Below are positions 37,677 through 51,224 of a stretch of 64,000 bases of DNA, one piece after another. A model generated the notes under the pieces. It was given only the letters and a program-made list of their open reading frames with translations. It had not been told where the DNA came from and searched no databases. Both the position numbers and the translations under genes were made by a program. Each line of letters starts with the position of its first letter. Position 1 is the first letter of the stretch. The stretch is from Octopus bimaculoides. Lineage: Eukaryota. The stretch lies in the NCBI RefSeq assembly GCF_001194135.2, contig NC_069006.1:6537793-6601792 (forward strand), written 5' to 3'.

Positions 37677-37770
37677 CTGTGTGTAATTTGGCTGCCTGTG
37701 TGCCATGATGTTGCTTCAGTAGAGTTGCCCGATGTTCCTTAACTGTGTACTAATAATGGTAAGGTCAGTG
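37677..37770 (-). other. Exon-like unit (94 nt) containing a Kozak-context ATG and the short ORF MAHRQPNYTQ (37706-37677)
   Basis: TTTTTTTTAG acceptor and CAG|GTGAGA donor. Stops occur in all frames before AACATCATGG. Confidence 0.4.
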
Positions 37771-38996
37771 CTAAAAAAAATGCTCAATGTAGTGAGCGAA
37801 ATAATTTGAATCAACTAAAATTAGAATATGGACAATACAGAGGAGAGAGAAGGAATCTAATCTTCATAGTGCAATTACATTAATGAACAGGTTTTTATTA
37901 GACCTCTCCATCAAAGTACAGTCTTTACTAGAATAATATGTGTGTGTGTGCATGCATGCATGTCTGTTATATTATGAATAAACACTGAATGGTTTGCTAT
38001 CTTGAAATAAGGAACATTTCAAACAAATAAGTTTCTGCACTCAAACTGCTAGAAATAGCAACCAAATCTCTCTCAATTCACACTACAGTGAATAAAATCA
38101 CTCACAAATTACTCATACTTTATATTCTACTTGCTGAAAATAGCAACCAAATTTCCTTCAAATCAAACCGTACCATCTTACAAAAAAGAGAAGGAAGCTA
38201 TATTGGATGATGTAAATCCAACATCCATTCTGAAAGTAGAGAAATGGCCCTGATTAAATCTTTAGTTATATGTCTCTGCTCAGTCAGACCTGACCTAGGG
38301 TTAAATAACAACAACCACAATAACTACAACTACTAAAAAAAAAAAACTTCTGTAAATTGATGGGAATATTGCCGTATGTGATGTAAAGTTATGTGAGATT
38401 GAGAAATCAGATATAGAAATATTTTTAAAAGAAACAATTTTTAAAAAAACAAACAAACAGTAAACTTAATATGGTGTTCTTCAGTTAAATGAACTTAAAG
38501 AAAGTCTTATTTTGAACATTAACTAACAACTATAAACAATGGTTAAAAATAATTTAGCTTTTTTTTTATAAAAGAAATTGTTAAAATCAATACAGATTTT
38601 ATTATAAAAGAAGAATTATTTCTTTTCAGATTGGTAGTTTTTACATTTTTTTCCACATTTATAAGCAGATCAAGATAAGTGAATCCATATTTTCCTCATA
38701 AATTGTTTCCTTTTGTGTCTGATCATGTGATTGGGACCAAACAAACTAATAAATGCAAGTATCTATTCTTAAAGAAATATCTTAACATTAATAGTTATTC
38801 TCTCAAGTTATAAATCTTTGAAACAGTTTTGTTTTATGAGATTTTTTTTTCAATTAATTTTGATATTTACACGTACCTTTCTCTATATTTATATACCAGA
38901 ATGTGTTAGGTGGCTGTAAACTATGACTTACATTTATCTGTTCTAATGTAAAACACCAAAAAAAAAAAAAAAAAATGGAACTGTTGGTTCCAATAA

Positions 38997-39295
38997 GTGT
39001 TCTACTTGATCGGATCAATGGAACAGCCTGCTTATAAAATTAACATGCAAGTAGCTGAGCACTCCACAGACATGTGTACTTTCAATGTAGTTCTCAAGGA
39101 GATTCAGCATGACACAGAATGTTACACAGCTGGCCCTGTGAAAGATAGGTACAACCTATTTTTGCCGGCTCAGCGGACAAAAGCAATGTGAAATAAAGTG
39201 TCTTGCTCAAGGACACAATGTGCCACTGGAAGTTGAACTCATGACTTTACAAATTATGAGCAGAATACCACAAGCACTAAGCCATGTGCCTTCAC
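38997..39295 (-). mobile_element. SINE family C copy
   Basis: Matches 12105-12388. Confidence 0.8.
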
Positions 39296-39552
39296 TAAGT
39301 GAATTACCAAATTATAAACGGATATTCATATTGCTTTTTTCAGAAAAGTGGGACAGGAAAAATTATTTCAGCTTACTGTAAATGTGGGATTATTTAGAAG
39401 AGGGAAAAAGCTGTTGTGGCATCTTCTCTTTTCTAGGACCCTTAAAAATTGAGCAGTTCCAACCAAAGTGTTACTTGAAATCTAGATTGATAGACAAATA
39501 AGTAAATGCAAAATTCTTCTTCCTCCTTCTGACACACAGAGGATCTTTAAAT

Positions 39553-40487
39553 CATCATCATCATCATCATCATCGTTTAACGTCCGCTTTCCATGCTAGC
39601 ATGGGTTGGACGATTTGACTGAGGACTGGTGAAACCGGATGGCAACACCAGGCTCCAATCTAAATTTGGCAGAGTTTCTACAGCTGGATGCCCTTCCTAA
39701 CGCCAACCACTCAGAGAGTGTAGTAGGTGCTTTTACGTGTCACCTGCACGAAGGCCAGTCAGGCGATACTGGCAACGGCCACGCTCGAANNNNNNNNNNN
39801 NNNNNNNNNNNNNNNNNNNNNNNNNNNNNNNNNNNNNNNNNNNNNNNNNNNNNNNNNNNNNNNNNNNNNNNNNNNNNNNNNNNNNNNNNNNNNNNNNNNN
39901 NNNNNNNNNNNNNNNNNNNNNNNNNNNNNNNNNNNNNNNNNNNNNNNNNNNNNNNNNNNNNNNNNNNNNNNNNNNNNNNNNNNNNNNNNNNNNNNNNNNN
40001 NNNNNNNNNNNNNNNNNNNNNNNNNNNNNNNNNNNNNNNNNNNNNNNNNNNNNNNNNNNNNNNNNNNNNNNNNNNNNNNNNNNNNNNNNNNNNNNNNNNN
40101 NNNNNNNNNNNNNNNNNNNNNNNNNNNNNNNNAACTGTTAGGGTGTGGCACTTTTTCAGGCAGCTATCCTCATCCATTCTCACCACATGTCCATACCAGC
40201 ACAATCGTCTCTCTTGCACACCACAACTGATGCTTCTAATGTTCAGCTTTTCTCTCAAGATACTTACACTTTGACAGGTATTCACATTGACATTACACAT
40301 CCAACGGAGCATATTGGCTTCATTCCTTGCGAGCTTACGTATGTCCTCAGCAGTTACAGCCCATGTTTCACTGCCATGTAGCATGGCTGTTCGTACACAT
40401 GCGTCATACAGTCTGCCTTTTACTCTGAGTGAGAGTCCCTTTGTCACCAGCAGGGGTAAGAGCTCTCTAAACTTTGCCCAGGCTAGA
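39553..40487 (-). mobile_element. 5'-truncated, relatively young RTE-clade LINE (RT C-terminus and 3' UTR), bridged by a gap
   Basis: Stop-free AWAKFRELLPLLVTKGLSLRVKGRLYDACVRTAMLHGSETW...RRLCWYGHVVRM at 40133-40487. CpG-rich 3' UTR and (GAT)n tail at 39553. Gap at 39790-40132. Confidence 0.92.
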
Positions 40488-41772
40488 GTTTACTAAATAC
40501 TTAATCGAGTACTAAATACTTAATCAAGAGAGAAGGGCTTCCTGAAAGTACCTTTGACCTTTTATGGGGCCTCCAAGACTGGTTGAAGGGGGAGAGGGAA
40601 GGAGGTCTCCTCAAACTAGAGATCTGGCTTACAACAAAGTATGGACTTTGTTGGAGATACCTAAGGACCAGGTGGTGGTGTTCAACTGAGCAGCAAATTA
40701 AGTCTAGTCATCCAAATGGTAGGATTTGAACCCAGAACACAAAGAGCCAGAATCAACACCACAGGGTATCCAATCTGATATTCTGATGATTCTAGGACTG
40801 GTACTTTATTTACTGAAACTGGGAGAATAAAAGGGAGGAGCTGTGAGCAGCAGGGTTTGAACTCAAAACACAAGAAGCTGGAATAAATACAGTTTGACTC
40901 TGCCAGTTCACCATATACCACCAAATTTACTGTCAACATCATCATTATTATTATTATTATCATCATATATGTTATCTGTCTCCTCACAGTGAGAAATTAA
41001 CTGTAATTCCAACTGAATTTATCTTCTAGAGAATACAAAAAGCATATTTAGGAGAAAAAAAAAGATAAATCAGTGACAAAGGAATGTTATCTGTTTTTTT
41101 TTTTTTATATATTCTTATCACACGTTTTTTTATTATATTTGCTTATTTATTTTTTCCAAACAATAAAATTGGAAATCTCTTTGAGATAAAGCTGTTGAAA
41201 ATTGTAATTAAAGAAGTGGCCCTTCTTTCGAATGACAATACAAATTTTTAAAAAAGTCAACAATGTACACAAGTGATGTTGTTGTTTATCCATTTTCTTT
41301 TTTTTTTTTTTTTTAGTTAATCAAAAACTATTTAATTAGATAAAATTGAACTCAGATTCAGAAAGTAGCAGAAATATTCAGAAATCTACAGNNNNNNNNN
41401 NTTTTTTTTTTTTTGTTGGAAACAAGGTCAAGTTTATCTGGAGTCAATTGACAAGTGAGGAGACTATTGATGTGCCTCTTCTATATTGGATTTATTCAAT
41501 TATGAGGTTTGATGATAAAAGCCAAAACATGGCCGGGGGTGGACACATACTCAAAATATAGCTACCATAAATGTCAGCATATAAGATTACCTTTTAACTT
41601 TAAATATCACACAACTGTCAACCCCCTAGTATACACCTGGTATTAAATGTAAATCTGATGAGTTAACATGGATGATAGTTGACAGTAGGCCACTGCCCGC
41701 CATAGCAATTACCAATACATAGACCCTGTTGTCTTATATGCCGACAATTCCAGGACATACCTTAGCCCAAAC

Positions 41773-41965
41773 AAATGTAATGCTTATCTATTCACATTGT
41801 TTTAAATTAATCATCATTAGCTTGTAGCCTCAAAATTTCGATGATGTGATTGCTTATTTTTGGAATGCCATTGTAGGGTGGGTGAGAGAAGCCAGATTTG
41901 GCTAGTTCAAACATAAAGGCAATAGAATACTGGGGTCAGGTATAGCCAATTTAAATGTTAAAGCA
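41773..41965 (-). mobile_element. piggyBac-type MITE family 1, one end missing
   Basis: Similar to 43972-44192 and ends next to TTAA at 41966-41969. Confidence 0.7.
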
Positions 41966-43971
41966 TTAAAGCATCCAAAGTCTTGCCTTAGAATATTTGC
42001 CTATTCCATTTCTCCTGTAATTTATTATTTCCAATAGTATCATTAAGTGGATTCAGGATATCTTTCCACATCAGACAAAATATTTTATGGTATTACAGGG
42101 TTTTAGGTTCTAAATTCTAATCCTGGCAAAGTCAGTTGATTTAGATGTCTAAATCCCTCTCCAAAAATGTGTAGACTTATGCTACTATCAGAAATCAATA
42201 AGTGCTGGTAATATAATCAATAATATATATACTGGTATAAGTGAAATATATGAATTTTAACCAAGAACTAATACTCAAATCACTCGAGTTTAACTGTTAC
42301 TCTCAAGAACACTGTGTAGCCATTGATTTCCAATTAAAGGAAATATTAATCTTTTTAATTTCAACAGGTTTAAAGGGACTGCAATGTCTCTGGGTATAGC
42401 CTCTTCCACTAGACACAATCAAGTACATGAAGCATACTAGCATTGGTTATTTGAACAGAGACCATGGAATAACCTATCAATTGATCGTATATACAAACTT
42501 GGATTAGCAAGTGTTAAATCATTTCAGTCTGGCACTTTACTGTTGGCCATTATTAACAATTTAAAATTATCTTCTTGTAATTCTTAACAGTTTTCATAAA
42601 ATTACATTATTCAATTTTCACTTAATTTCTTTCCATGTTAGAAATATTTCCACATGCTGCAGATAAAAACCAAATGAAAAATGCAGAAAATTAACAACAC
42701 TTTAACTTGACTTTGAAAAGTAAAAGAAAATTCTAATGAAATACAATAAAACTATTTCACCATTACTTGGTAATTGCTTGTACGGTATATTAGTATATTA
42801 CTGTGGAAATAAAGAGAATAAATAAATACATTTTACTATGTGGTGTGAAATTTCACCATGTAATATATCTATGTCTAGTAGAAAATAGCCAAAAGCAACA
42901 AATAGCTTTTAGCAATATTTACATAAAGGAGATAGTAATTTTTTAAAGCAGCTTATAAGAATTTTTTTTTTCTATTTATGATGATGATGAAGGTGATGGC
43001 AATGGTATACTCCTACCATCTATACAAGCAATATCTATTACATGTCTGTCATATATATGTAGAATATTCCATGTTTTGTTACAAAATGAATGCATAATTT
43101 CTTTTTTTTTCTCTTTTTGACTTTCATTAAAATACACGACCTATCAGGTACAGTACAAACACTCCCCCAACAAAAAAGGGGGAGGAAGAGGAGGAGGAAT
43201 AATCAAACATCTTCATTATGTTTGTCAAAGAATATCTTTATTCTGATATATTCTATCGGAAATTAAGCAAGTTTTATATTGAAGTAACAAGAAAAGCAAA
43301 TTCAATTTGCACAAAAAAAAAACCTTAGAGGAGAAGACTCTAACCTACTTCAATATGTTCATCTAATGAGCAGCTGAACTGCTTTCAGGTATGAAAAGAT
43401 ATTACATCTGTGTGACTCACCTCAAGTCACTAGTTAACTCAATAAAATCACTTTCTCCAACATCACCACCATCACAAACACACATGCGTACTTGTTATAT
43501 ACATTCATACATATACAGACATATACATACAATATAACACGTATAAGCATGCATATGTATATCTATACACACATAAATACACACGCAAATATATACACAC
43601 ACATAAATACACACGCAAATATATACACACACGCAAATATATACACACACATAAACATACTAACACGTAATATTAGAACAACATGTTATTACACTTATCA
43701 TTCAAATTATTATTGAATCTAAAGTTTTTCCCTTTCAAATTTACATCCATTTGTTTTTCTTTTTCCATATTTTTGTTTACATTCAACCAATTGTTATACA
43801 ATCACTCATCCATGACATAGAAGGAAACCTGCTTTTTGTCACACAGGCAAATTAGTGCAAGCTGGAACATAACATAATAGCTATAGTCAGATTTGAATAT
43901 ATGAACTTGTAGTCATTAGTCCAACATGTCAACTCCACAGGTATTGTCTCTATATAAAATGATTTCTTTAA

Positions 43972-44192
43972 CCCTTCAGCATTCAGATTATTCCATCAAA
44001 TGTAACCCTAATTTATTCACATTGTTTTGAGTTAATCTGGAATTATCTTGTAGTTCTCAGATTTCAATGATGTAACTGTTTGCTTTTTGGAATGTCATTG
44101 TGGGATTGGCACAAGAGGCTGGATCTAGCCAGTTTGAACATAAAACAAGTAGAATATTTGGGCCTGATATAGTCTGTTTAAATGCTAAGGAG
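43972..44192 (-). mobile_element. piggyBac-type MITE family 1, uninterrupted (221 bp)
   Basis: TTAA at 43968-43971 and 44193-44196, with CCCTTCAGCATT...AATGCTAAGGAG termini. Confidence 0.85.
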
Positions 44193-44493
44193 TTAAACAA
44201 ATGTTTTTCACTACAGCTAATTAATAACATGAAGAAATAGAGATTAATGACATTAGTGCATAGCCATCAGTCAGACATGAAGCGGATTTGGTAGTAAGTG
44301 TTCTTTTAGGTCCTTATGTAATCATGGGCAGACACAGATACCGCCCCAGCCCTGCCACCCTTGACCCAGTAGAATATTGAGAAAGTCGCAAGTGGAGGGA
44401 GGCGGAAGGGAGTGTATCAGCAGTCAGATGGCACTCACTGACAGCTGAGAAGGCTGGAGGAGCAGAAATTGAAGAGTCTCTGACACAAGGTGA

Positions 44494-44645
44494 AGGCATG
44501 GCTGTGTGGCAAGAAGCTTGCTTCCAAACATGGTTTTGGGTTCAGGCCTACTGCATGGCACCCTGAACAAGGGTCTTCTACTTAACTTCAGATTAACCAA
44601 AGCCTTGTGAGTGAATTTGGTAGACAGAAACAGAAAGAAGTCTGT

Positions 44646-44704
<59 letters not shown>

Positions 44705-44880
44705 TTTTGTGTCTGTGCTCCCCACCTCCACCACTGCTTGGCAACCAGTGTTAGTGCATTTACATCCCTGTAACTAAGTGGTTCAGCAAAAGAGATCAAT
44801 AGAATAAGTACAAGGCTTAAAATGAATAAGTTCTGGGGTCAATCTGTTCAACTAAAAATTCTACAAGGCAGAATAAAGAT
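44494..44880 (+). mobile_element. SINE family A with an expanded internal (TG)n
   Basis: Matches 24872-25286. Confidence 0.85.
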
Positions 44881-45484
44881 AAAAAGGAATTCAGGAATTG
44901 AACTTGTGGCTTTATTATTGAGACTAATACTCTAACCAGTAGACCATGTCTTCATTACACTAGTAAACACATAGTTTTGTATTTAGCTAAACTGTGTCTC
45001 TGATTTAAGTTTAAACTTGCTGAGACAGATATTTACCATTCATCCTTCCAGGATCAATCAAATAATTTTGCTTTTAAAGAACTCCTCAAAATTCTATTTT
45101 CAAAATGTTTTGCTTCAAAAATTATTCTTTTGTCTAATCAAAAGAAATCAATATGATTGATAATACAACCTAATTAATAAATTGGAATCCATCAAATGAA
45201 TTTACTTTGCACTAAAATTATATTTTGTAATTGTTGTTGTTCGTTAGCCAAGGCAGGTCTAACTGAACAGATAGACCTATGACTAACTGCTTTTCACCTG
45301 TGACTCCTCAACTTCCAGTTCAAGAACAGTGTATTAAGGACAACATTGTTTAATGTGTTTTTCCTTTAAGACAATAGAATGTGCTTTGAGGGAAATTTGG
45401 CTGCTGCTGCTCTAAAATGTTGGGCAACTACACAGAACTTTGTCTATGTTAGAATATAATTTTCCTTTATACTAATGAACACAT

Positions 45485-45706
45485 TATCTTTTACTTGTTT
45501 CGGTCATTGGGCTGCTGCCAGGCTGGGGCAGCACTTTGAAGGGTTTTAGTCAAACAAATCAAACCTTGTACTTGTGTTTTCTGTTTGTTTCTTTTTTTAA
45601 GTTTTGTACTTGTTCTATTGATAACTTTTGCCAAACTGCTAAGTTATGGAGATGAAAACAAACCAGCATCAGTTGTCAAATGGTTGTAGGGTGACAAACA
45701 CAGACA

Positions 45707-45800
<94 letters not shown>

Positions 45801-45958
45801 ACAGCCTGCCATGCAATTTTTGTCTACCAAATTCACTCCCAAGGCATTGGTCAGCTGGGTGCTATAGTAGAAGACATTTGTCCAAGGTACTGTGCTGTGA
45901 GACCAAACCTGAAGCCATGTGTCTGCAGAGTGAGCTTCTTAATCACCCAACCATGTCT
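45485..45958 (-). mobile_element. SINE family A, full length, with a long internal (CA)n
   Basis: Reverse complement of the 24872-type copy. (CA)n at ~45714-45796. Confidence 0.85.
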
Positions 45959-46564
45959 AAATCAATCATTTGTGTATGTGTGTTTTGTGTCCTGTGTTGC
46001 ATTGTTAGTTATGTATGAGTTTGGGGGTTTGCATGAGGGGTACAAAGTTTGGCAGATTAGATAAGGAGTGTGCCAACTATGGATGTATCTAATCTCAGCA
46101 ATTAGCATCAGATGTAAATGAAATGATGTTTAAAATTGGAAAAGTGAGCTTACAAAAATGAAGGGCAGGTGAATAAAACAAACGTTCTGAAAACTGTAAA
46201 AACCCTTATTGTTGAGACACATAAAACATTTATATTTTCTAGCAGCAGGAATTGTCTACTCTCTGAGATAATACATTTTCTGAATGCTTATAATGAGATA
46301 GCAATCATTAGTTATCCATCATTGTTCTCTGAAGAAAATAATATATTTCAATCCATGTTTTGAATCCAATTAAAAAGCTTTAATTAGGAAGATAATTTTA
46401 TCTTCGTGCAAATGAATAATTGGATCATGTGCTTCCCCATCACCCCCAATCACTCAATGTGAAGTTATTAATGACTGCAACAACTATACAAAGCAAGTAA
46501 TAGACCCTGCCTAATATCTAAAAGCAATTCTTAAAACTGCATTTGATCTCTGTCAAATGGGAGC

Positions 46565-46948
46565 TATCTTTTACTTGTTTCAGTCACTGGAATGTGGCCA
46601 TGCTAGGGCATCACCTTGAAGGGGTTTAGTCAAACAGATCAACCCCAGCACTTCTTTTTTAAGTCTGATGTTTATTCTATCAGTCTATTCCTTTCCTCCA
46701 GCCCCCTAAGTTACAGGGACAAACAAATCAATACCAGTTGTCAAGCAGTGGTGATGGGGTGAGGAAACAAAGACAAGAACAAGGACACACATGGATATAT
46801 GACTGGCTTTCACACACTTTCTGTCTACCAAATTCACACACAAGGCATTGGTTGGCTTGGGCCTATAGCAGAAGACACTTGCCCAAGGTGCTACATAACA
46901 GGACTGAACTGGAAATCACATGGTTACAAACTGAGTTTATTAACACAG
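46565..46948 (-). mobile_element. SINE family A
   Basis: Same body and head as the copy at 45485. Confidence 0.8.
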
Positions 46949-47802
46949 ACACACACACACACACAGCTTATTAGAGAATTTTCTTAAATAACGACATTAT
47001 TCACAACATTAAAATTCAAACCCAAACTAGAAATATATGCTAAATATATTTTAAATAGTTTTGAAAACTCATTCAATTTTAGAATATAGATTTTACAGGA
47101 ATTTTGCAGTATTTCTGAAATTGCCTCCACTCTAATCATTGAACATTTTCTTCATTAGCGTTTCTCTTATTTTGCTTCTCTTTTTAGTATTTATCAAATT
47201 TCTTCCCTAAAAAAAAGAATAGTTCAATAAAAATCAATCTAATCTATTGAACATAAATTTCAACTGGGGATTATTTTTTTTTTTAATATGGTACCAGTGA
47301 CTGAAAATATTCTAAATATATTTTGCTGATAATAATGGTTGCTAATTCAAGAACAGGGCCAAGAATTTTGAGGCAAGAGTTGAGGCTAATCAATTACACT
47401 GACCCCAATATTTGACTGGTACTTATTCTGTCAATTATGTAAAAATATGCATTTTATTTATAGTTCTACTGTTTCTGCCAATACACCTCCTGAAATGTAA
47501 AATAGAATGACTGAGGGAAAAAAATTATCCAAAGACACCTTCTGCATAAAAAAAAAATTATAGTTAAGTGGAACCTAACCTGCTTAATGTATTCAGCCAA
47601 ATAATGTCTTAATTTAAATTATACTTTAGTGATAAGAAAACTAATTATTAGCTTCAATAATTAAAGGGCAAGAAACTCTTAAATCTGAATTAATTAAAAA
47701 TTAAATGGAAGTATGAAAATATGATAATTAAATACCAGATAGAAATTAAATGAGTATTTATTTAAATCTAACATATTAGTGCAGCTCAGGTTGAGAAATT
47801 AA

Positions 47803-48115
47803 CCCTTTAGCATTTAAAATGGCCATATCTGGCCTAAATATTCTCACTATTTAATGTTCAGACTGGTCAGATCTGGCCTTTCACACTTCCCTTACAATGT
47901 CATTTTTAAAATATACAATCACATCATTGAAATCTCAAAGTTATGAGATGATACAAGATTAATTCAAAATAATCTTGTATCTTTTACTTGTTTCAGTCAT
48001 TAGATTGTGGTCATACTGGGGCACTACCTTGAAGAATTTTTAGTTGAATGAATCAACCCCAGAAACACTCTTTGAAACCAAATGCTTATTCTCTATTGCA
48101 AAGCAGTGGTGGGGA

Positions 48116-48149
<34 letters not shown>

Positions 48150-48398
48150 ACACACACACACACACACATACATACACGCACATATACAGGCTCCTTACAG
48201 TTTCTGTCTCTCAAATCCACTCATATGGCTTTGGTTGGCATGAGGTTATAGTCAAAAATACTTGTTTAAGGTGGCATGCAGTGATACTGAACCTGGAACC
48301 AATGTGGTCAGGAAGCAAGCTTCTTAACACAATACCTCACAACCAGGCTGTGGATAAATAAGTATTGCAATTGATAGAGTAATCTGAATATTAAAGGG
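47803..48398 (+). mobile_element. piggyBac-type MITE family 1, split by a nested SINE family A copy (about 47978-48347, minus strand)
   Basis: TTAA at 47799-47802. The MITE body stops at ~47977, resumes at ~48349 and ends AAAGGG followed by TCAA. Confidence 0.8.
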
Positions 48399-50489
48399 TC
48401 AAAATCTAAATTAACTCCCATGGGATTTAAATGGTATCTCAATATTTCTGGAAGTAGGATCCAATTTAATGATACAGAATTGGTGAATACTGACACAACT
48501 GTATGTTAAAATTTGACTTCATCATATATATATATATATATTTAGAAATATTTTAATATTCATGCAACATGGTATCGTCTTACTTGTTTTTGTGTAGATA
48601 ACAATATATCTCATTTGGTTATTAACTATCTATAGCAATGAATAATATTCAAAGATGAAGCCAAAGAAATTTGAACAGCTACAATGTATTCAGAAAAAAG
48701 AAAAATATAGGAAAGACCAGCTAGTAATTAAAACTATCAGGTTTAACCAGCAAGAAGTAGAGATTATTAAGAGAGATTAGGGATATGAATTTGGTAAAAA
48801 ATACTATGAACTCTTGTGGAAGAGAGCCAAAGTGAAACTAGAAAAAAAGGTAAAAGTTAGAATTGGCATAAGAATTGGTCAAATATTAGAGAATATAGAA
48901 AGCAGAAAGCTAAATCTATCCAGCCATGTCTGTATAAAAAATGGTCATAAAAATATGAAGAGGTTGGAGGGGAATAACAAGTTTTATCAATTTGGCTTTC
49001 ATCTAACTTTATAGTTTAAAAATTTATAATGCATTTTTGTCCCACTAACTTTCAGCTATCTCTTTATCTGTTCAACCATTTAGCAGAAATATTACTCTAA
49101 GTTTCTCTTTTATTTTTTTTTATTTTTTCTTCTGGAGTATTAACAGTACAAGCAACCTCTCTTAATAACATTAACATATTGTACACTAAATAAATAGCAA
49201 AATTTCCATGTAGAACTTCACTGCTGCAAATAATCAATAAGAAAGCAGTCTGTTTGAGATACTTATGAATATAAAACTCTTTGTTGTCATTATTGGCCAA
49301 CCATTATCCTTGATCAGTAGCAGAAGAAATATGTCAGGAATAAGTATCTTCATTTATTTAATGCTAATTTATAACCAATTCTTTGGAGAATGTACTACAG
49401 ATCGCATAATAGTCCCAAAAGAACTGTTACAACAACTTGTGAGAATGTTCGGGACAATCTTAAAGCAGTTTTAGAATTTACATTTTACATTTACATTTCA
49501 CTAGTTTATTAACACGCCCGATTACTTAACTGAACACTGGGTCTTTGGATTTCCTTGACTCACATATATCCTTATTCTTTCTCCATTCCTTTATTCAAAT
49601 TCAGAGATTTTTGTCAGCAATAATATGAAGGCAACACAAACCACAAGGAAGTACAACTGTATCAATTAGCTCTTTTTAAGTACATGTCAACAATGTAGCT
49701 TTTACGTAGTTGCTCACCATGCAAGAAATAGCAACCAAATCTCCTTCAGATTGCGCTCGATTTTCATAAAAATGGATACATTGGATAGTGTTGTTAAAAG
49801 TAAACTGCACATGAAAAAAGTTGGGACAAGCATAAGTGAAATACTTTTGATTAGAAGCATACTCAATCAACACCAACTTGTAGCTACACGACAACTAGTT
49901 CATAGCAAATGAAGCATCCATTCCAACCAAAAGATAAACTACAGCTGATGCAAGCCAATGAGGGGAATCCCTATGAAGTCAACTGACTTACTAGACATGA
50001 CAGCAAAATTGCCCTCATATAACATTCTACTATCTCAGATAAAAGAGAACATTTTAGATAATGCATTCCCACATAACCCTAAAATGGCATGATGGCCACA
50101 ACTGGAGTACCCTTGATCACAGATTCACTTCTTTTTCAGGATTTCACTCAGACTTAAACATCAAAACACCTTTAACTGTTAGATAATTTAGTCTCTCTCA
50201 ATTTCTAAAGATAAATAATTTGGTAAATATCTTAGACATGTATCCTTGACATATGCCCTGTTTCTAAACTATGCACCTACTCCTAGTTTGTCCCATCTAA
50301 ACTATCAAACAGAAAAACTGTTAAAAAGACTTCTGGAAATTAAATATCTAATGGAGATTGCCAATCTTTTACAATAAAAATTGCTGACCTTAGTTGAATT
50401 TTCATTAAATATCTTATAGTATTTATGATTAATTAGGAAGTGAAAAGTGATTACGTTTAAGAGGAAGTTTTGACAATATTCTTCTTTTC

Positions 50490-50858
50490 TCTTTTATTTC
50501 CATTTATTTCAGTCAATGGACTGTGGCCATGCTGGAACACTACATTGAAGGGTCAACCCCAGTACTTATTTTTTAAACCTGGTACTTATTCTATCAGTCC
50601 CTTTTGCCAAACTGCTAAAATTACAAGAAGATAAACCAACTCAACTGATGGTGGGGGACAAGCACATACACACGTACATGCACACACACATATGTGATGG
50701 GCTTCTTTCAGTTTCTGTCTACCATATCCACTCATAAGACTTTAGTCAACCCAAGACTATAGTAAGAGGTGCTTACATAAAGTGCCACACAGTGAGACTG
50801 AACCCGGAACCATACAATTGAGAAGTAGACTTCTTACCACACGGCCATGTCTGCACCT
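50490..50858 (-). mobile_element. SINE family A
   Basis: Same head and body motifs as the other family A copies. Confidence 0.8.
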
Positions 50859-51141
50859 ATATATGTACATAGTTTTCAAATAAAGGCTGGATTATTCCAC
50901 AGAATATTTTCTGGTCTATTTATATGTTTTAGGAGATTAGTATGAGTTGTGTGCAATATCTTATCTGAAAAGCCATTATTATGAAATCTCACTATAATAT
51001 TAAGAAGAAGCCATCATGAATGTTCCTTTTATCACTCTCTGAGGATCACAAAGAAGAAACTCAGAGTAAAGATGTAGGAAGTTCCAGCCTCCACTCACAC
51101 ACATACATATAGTAATTATATCTATGTTCTTTATCATCCAG

Positions 51142-51224
51142 AACATGAACGAATTCAGAAACTTGTTGACCACCCAACTGAATATGTCTACTTGGAAGAC
51201 ATTTTAACAATAACAGGACTTTGA
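51142..51224 (+). CDS. Candidate terminal coding exon, xHERIQKLVDHPTEYVYLEDILTITGL*
   Basis: TATCTATGTTCTTTATCATCCAG acceptor, open phase-1 frame, TGA at 51222-51224 and AATAAA immediately after. Protein not recognised. Confidence 0.35.

Larger units (their letters stand above)
11373..41401. other. Assembly gaps at 11373-11382, 14120-14449, 27733-27915, 32072-32112, 34327-34632, 39790-40132 and 41392-41401
   Basis: N runs. Five border microsatellites or homopolymers, one lies inside a young LINE and one (27733-27915) has no obvious repeat at its edges. Exons could be hidden in them. Confidence 0.99.

Noticed and set aside
49566-50248. U12-type donor-like 8-mers (ATATCCTT, GTATCCTT) and TCCTTAAC motifs elsewhere
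   Set aside because: Several are expected by chance in 64 kb of AT-rich DNA, and none pairs with a properly spaced branch point and acceptor.
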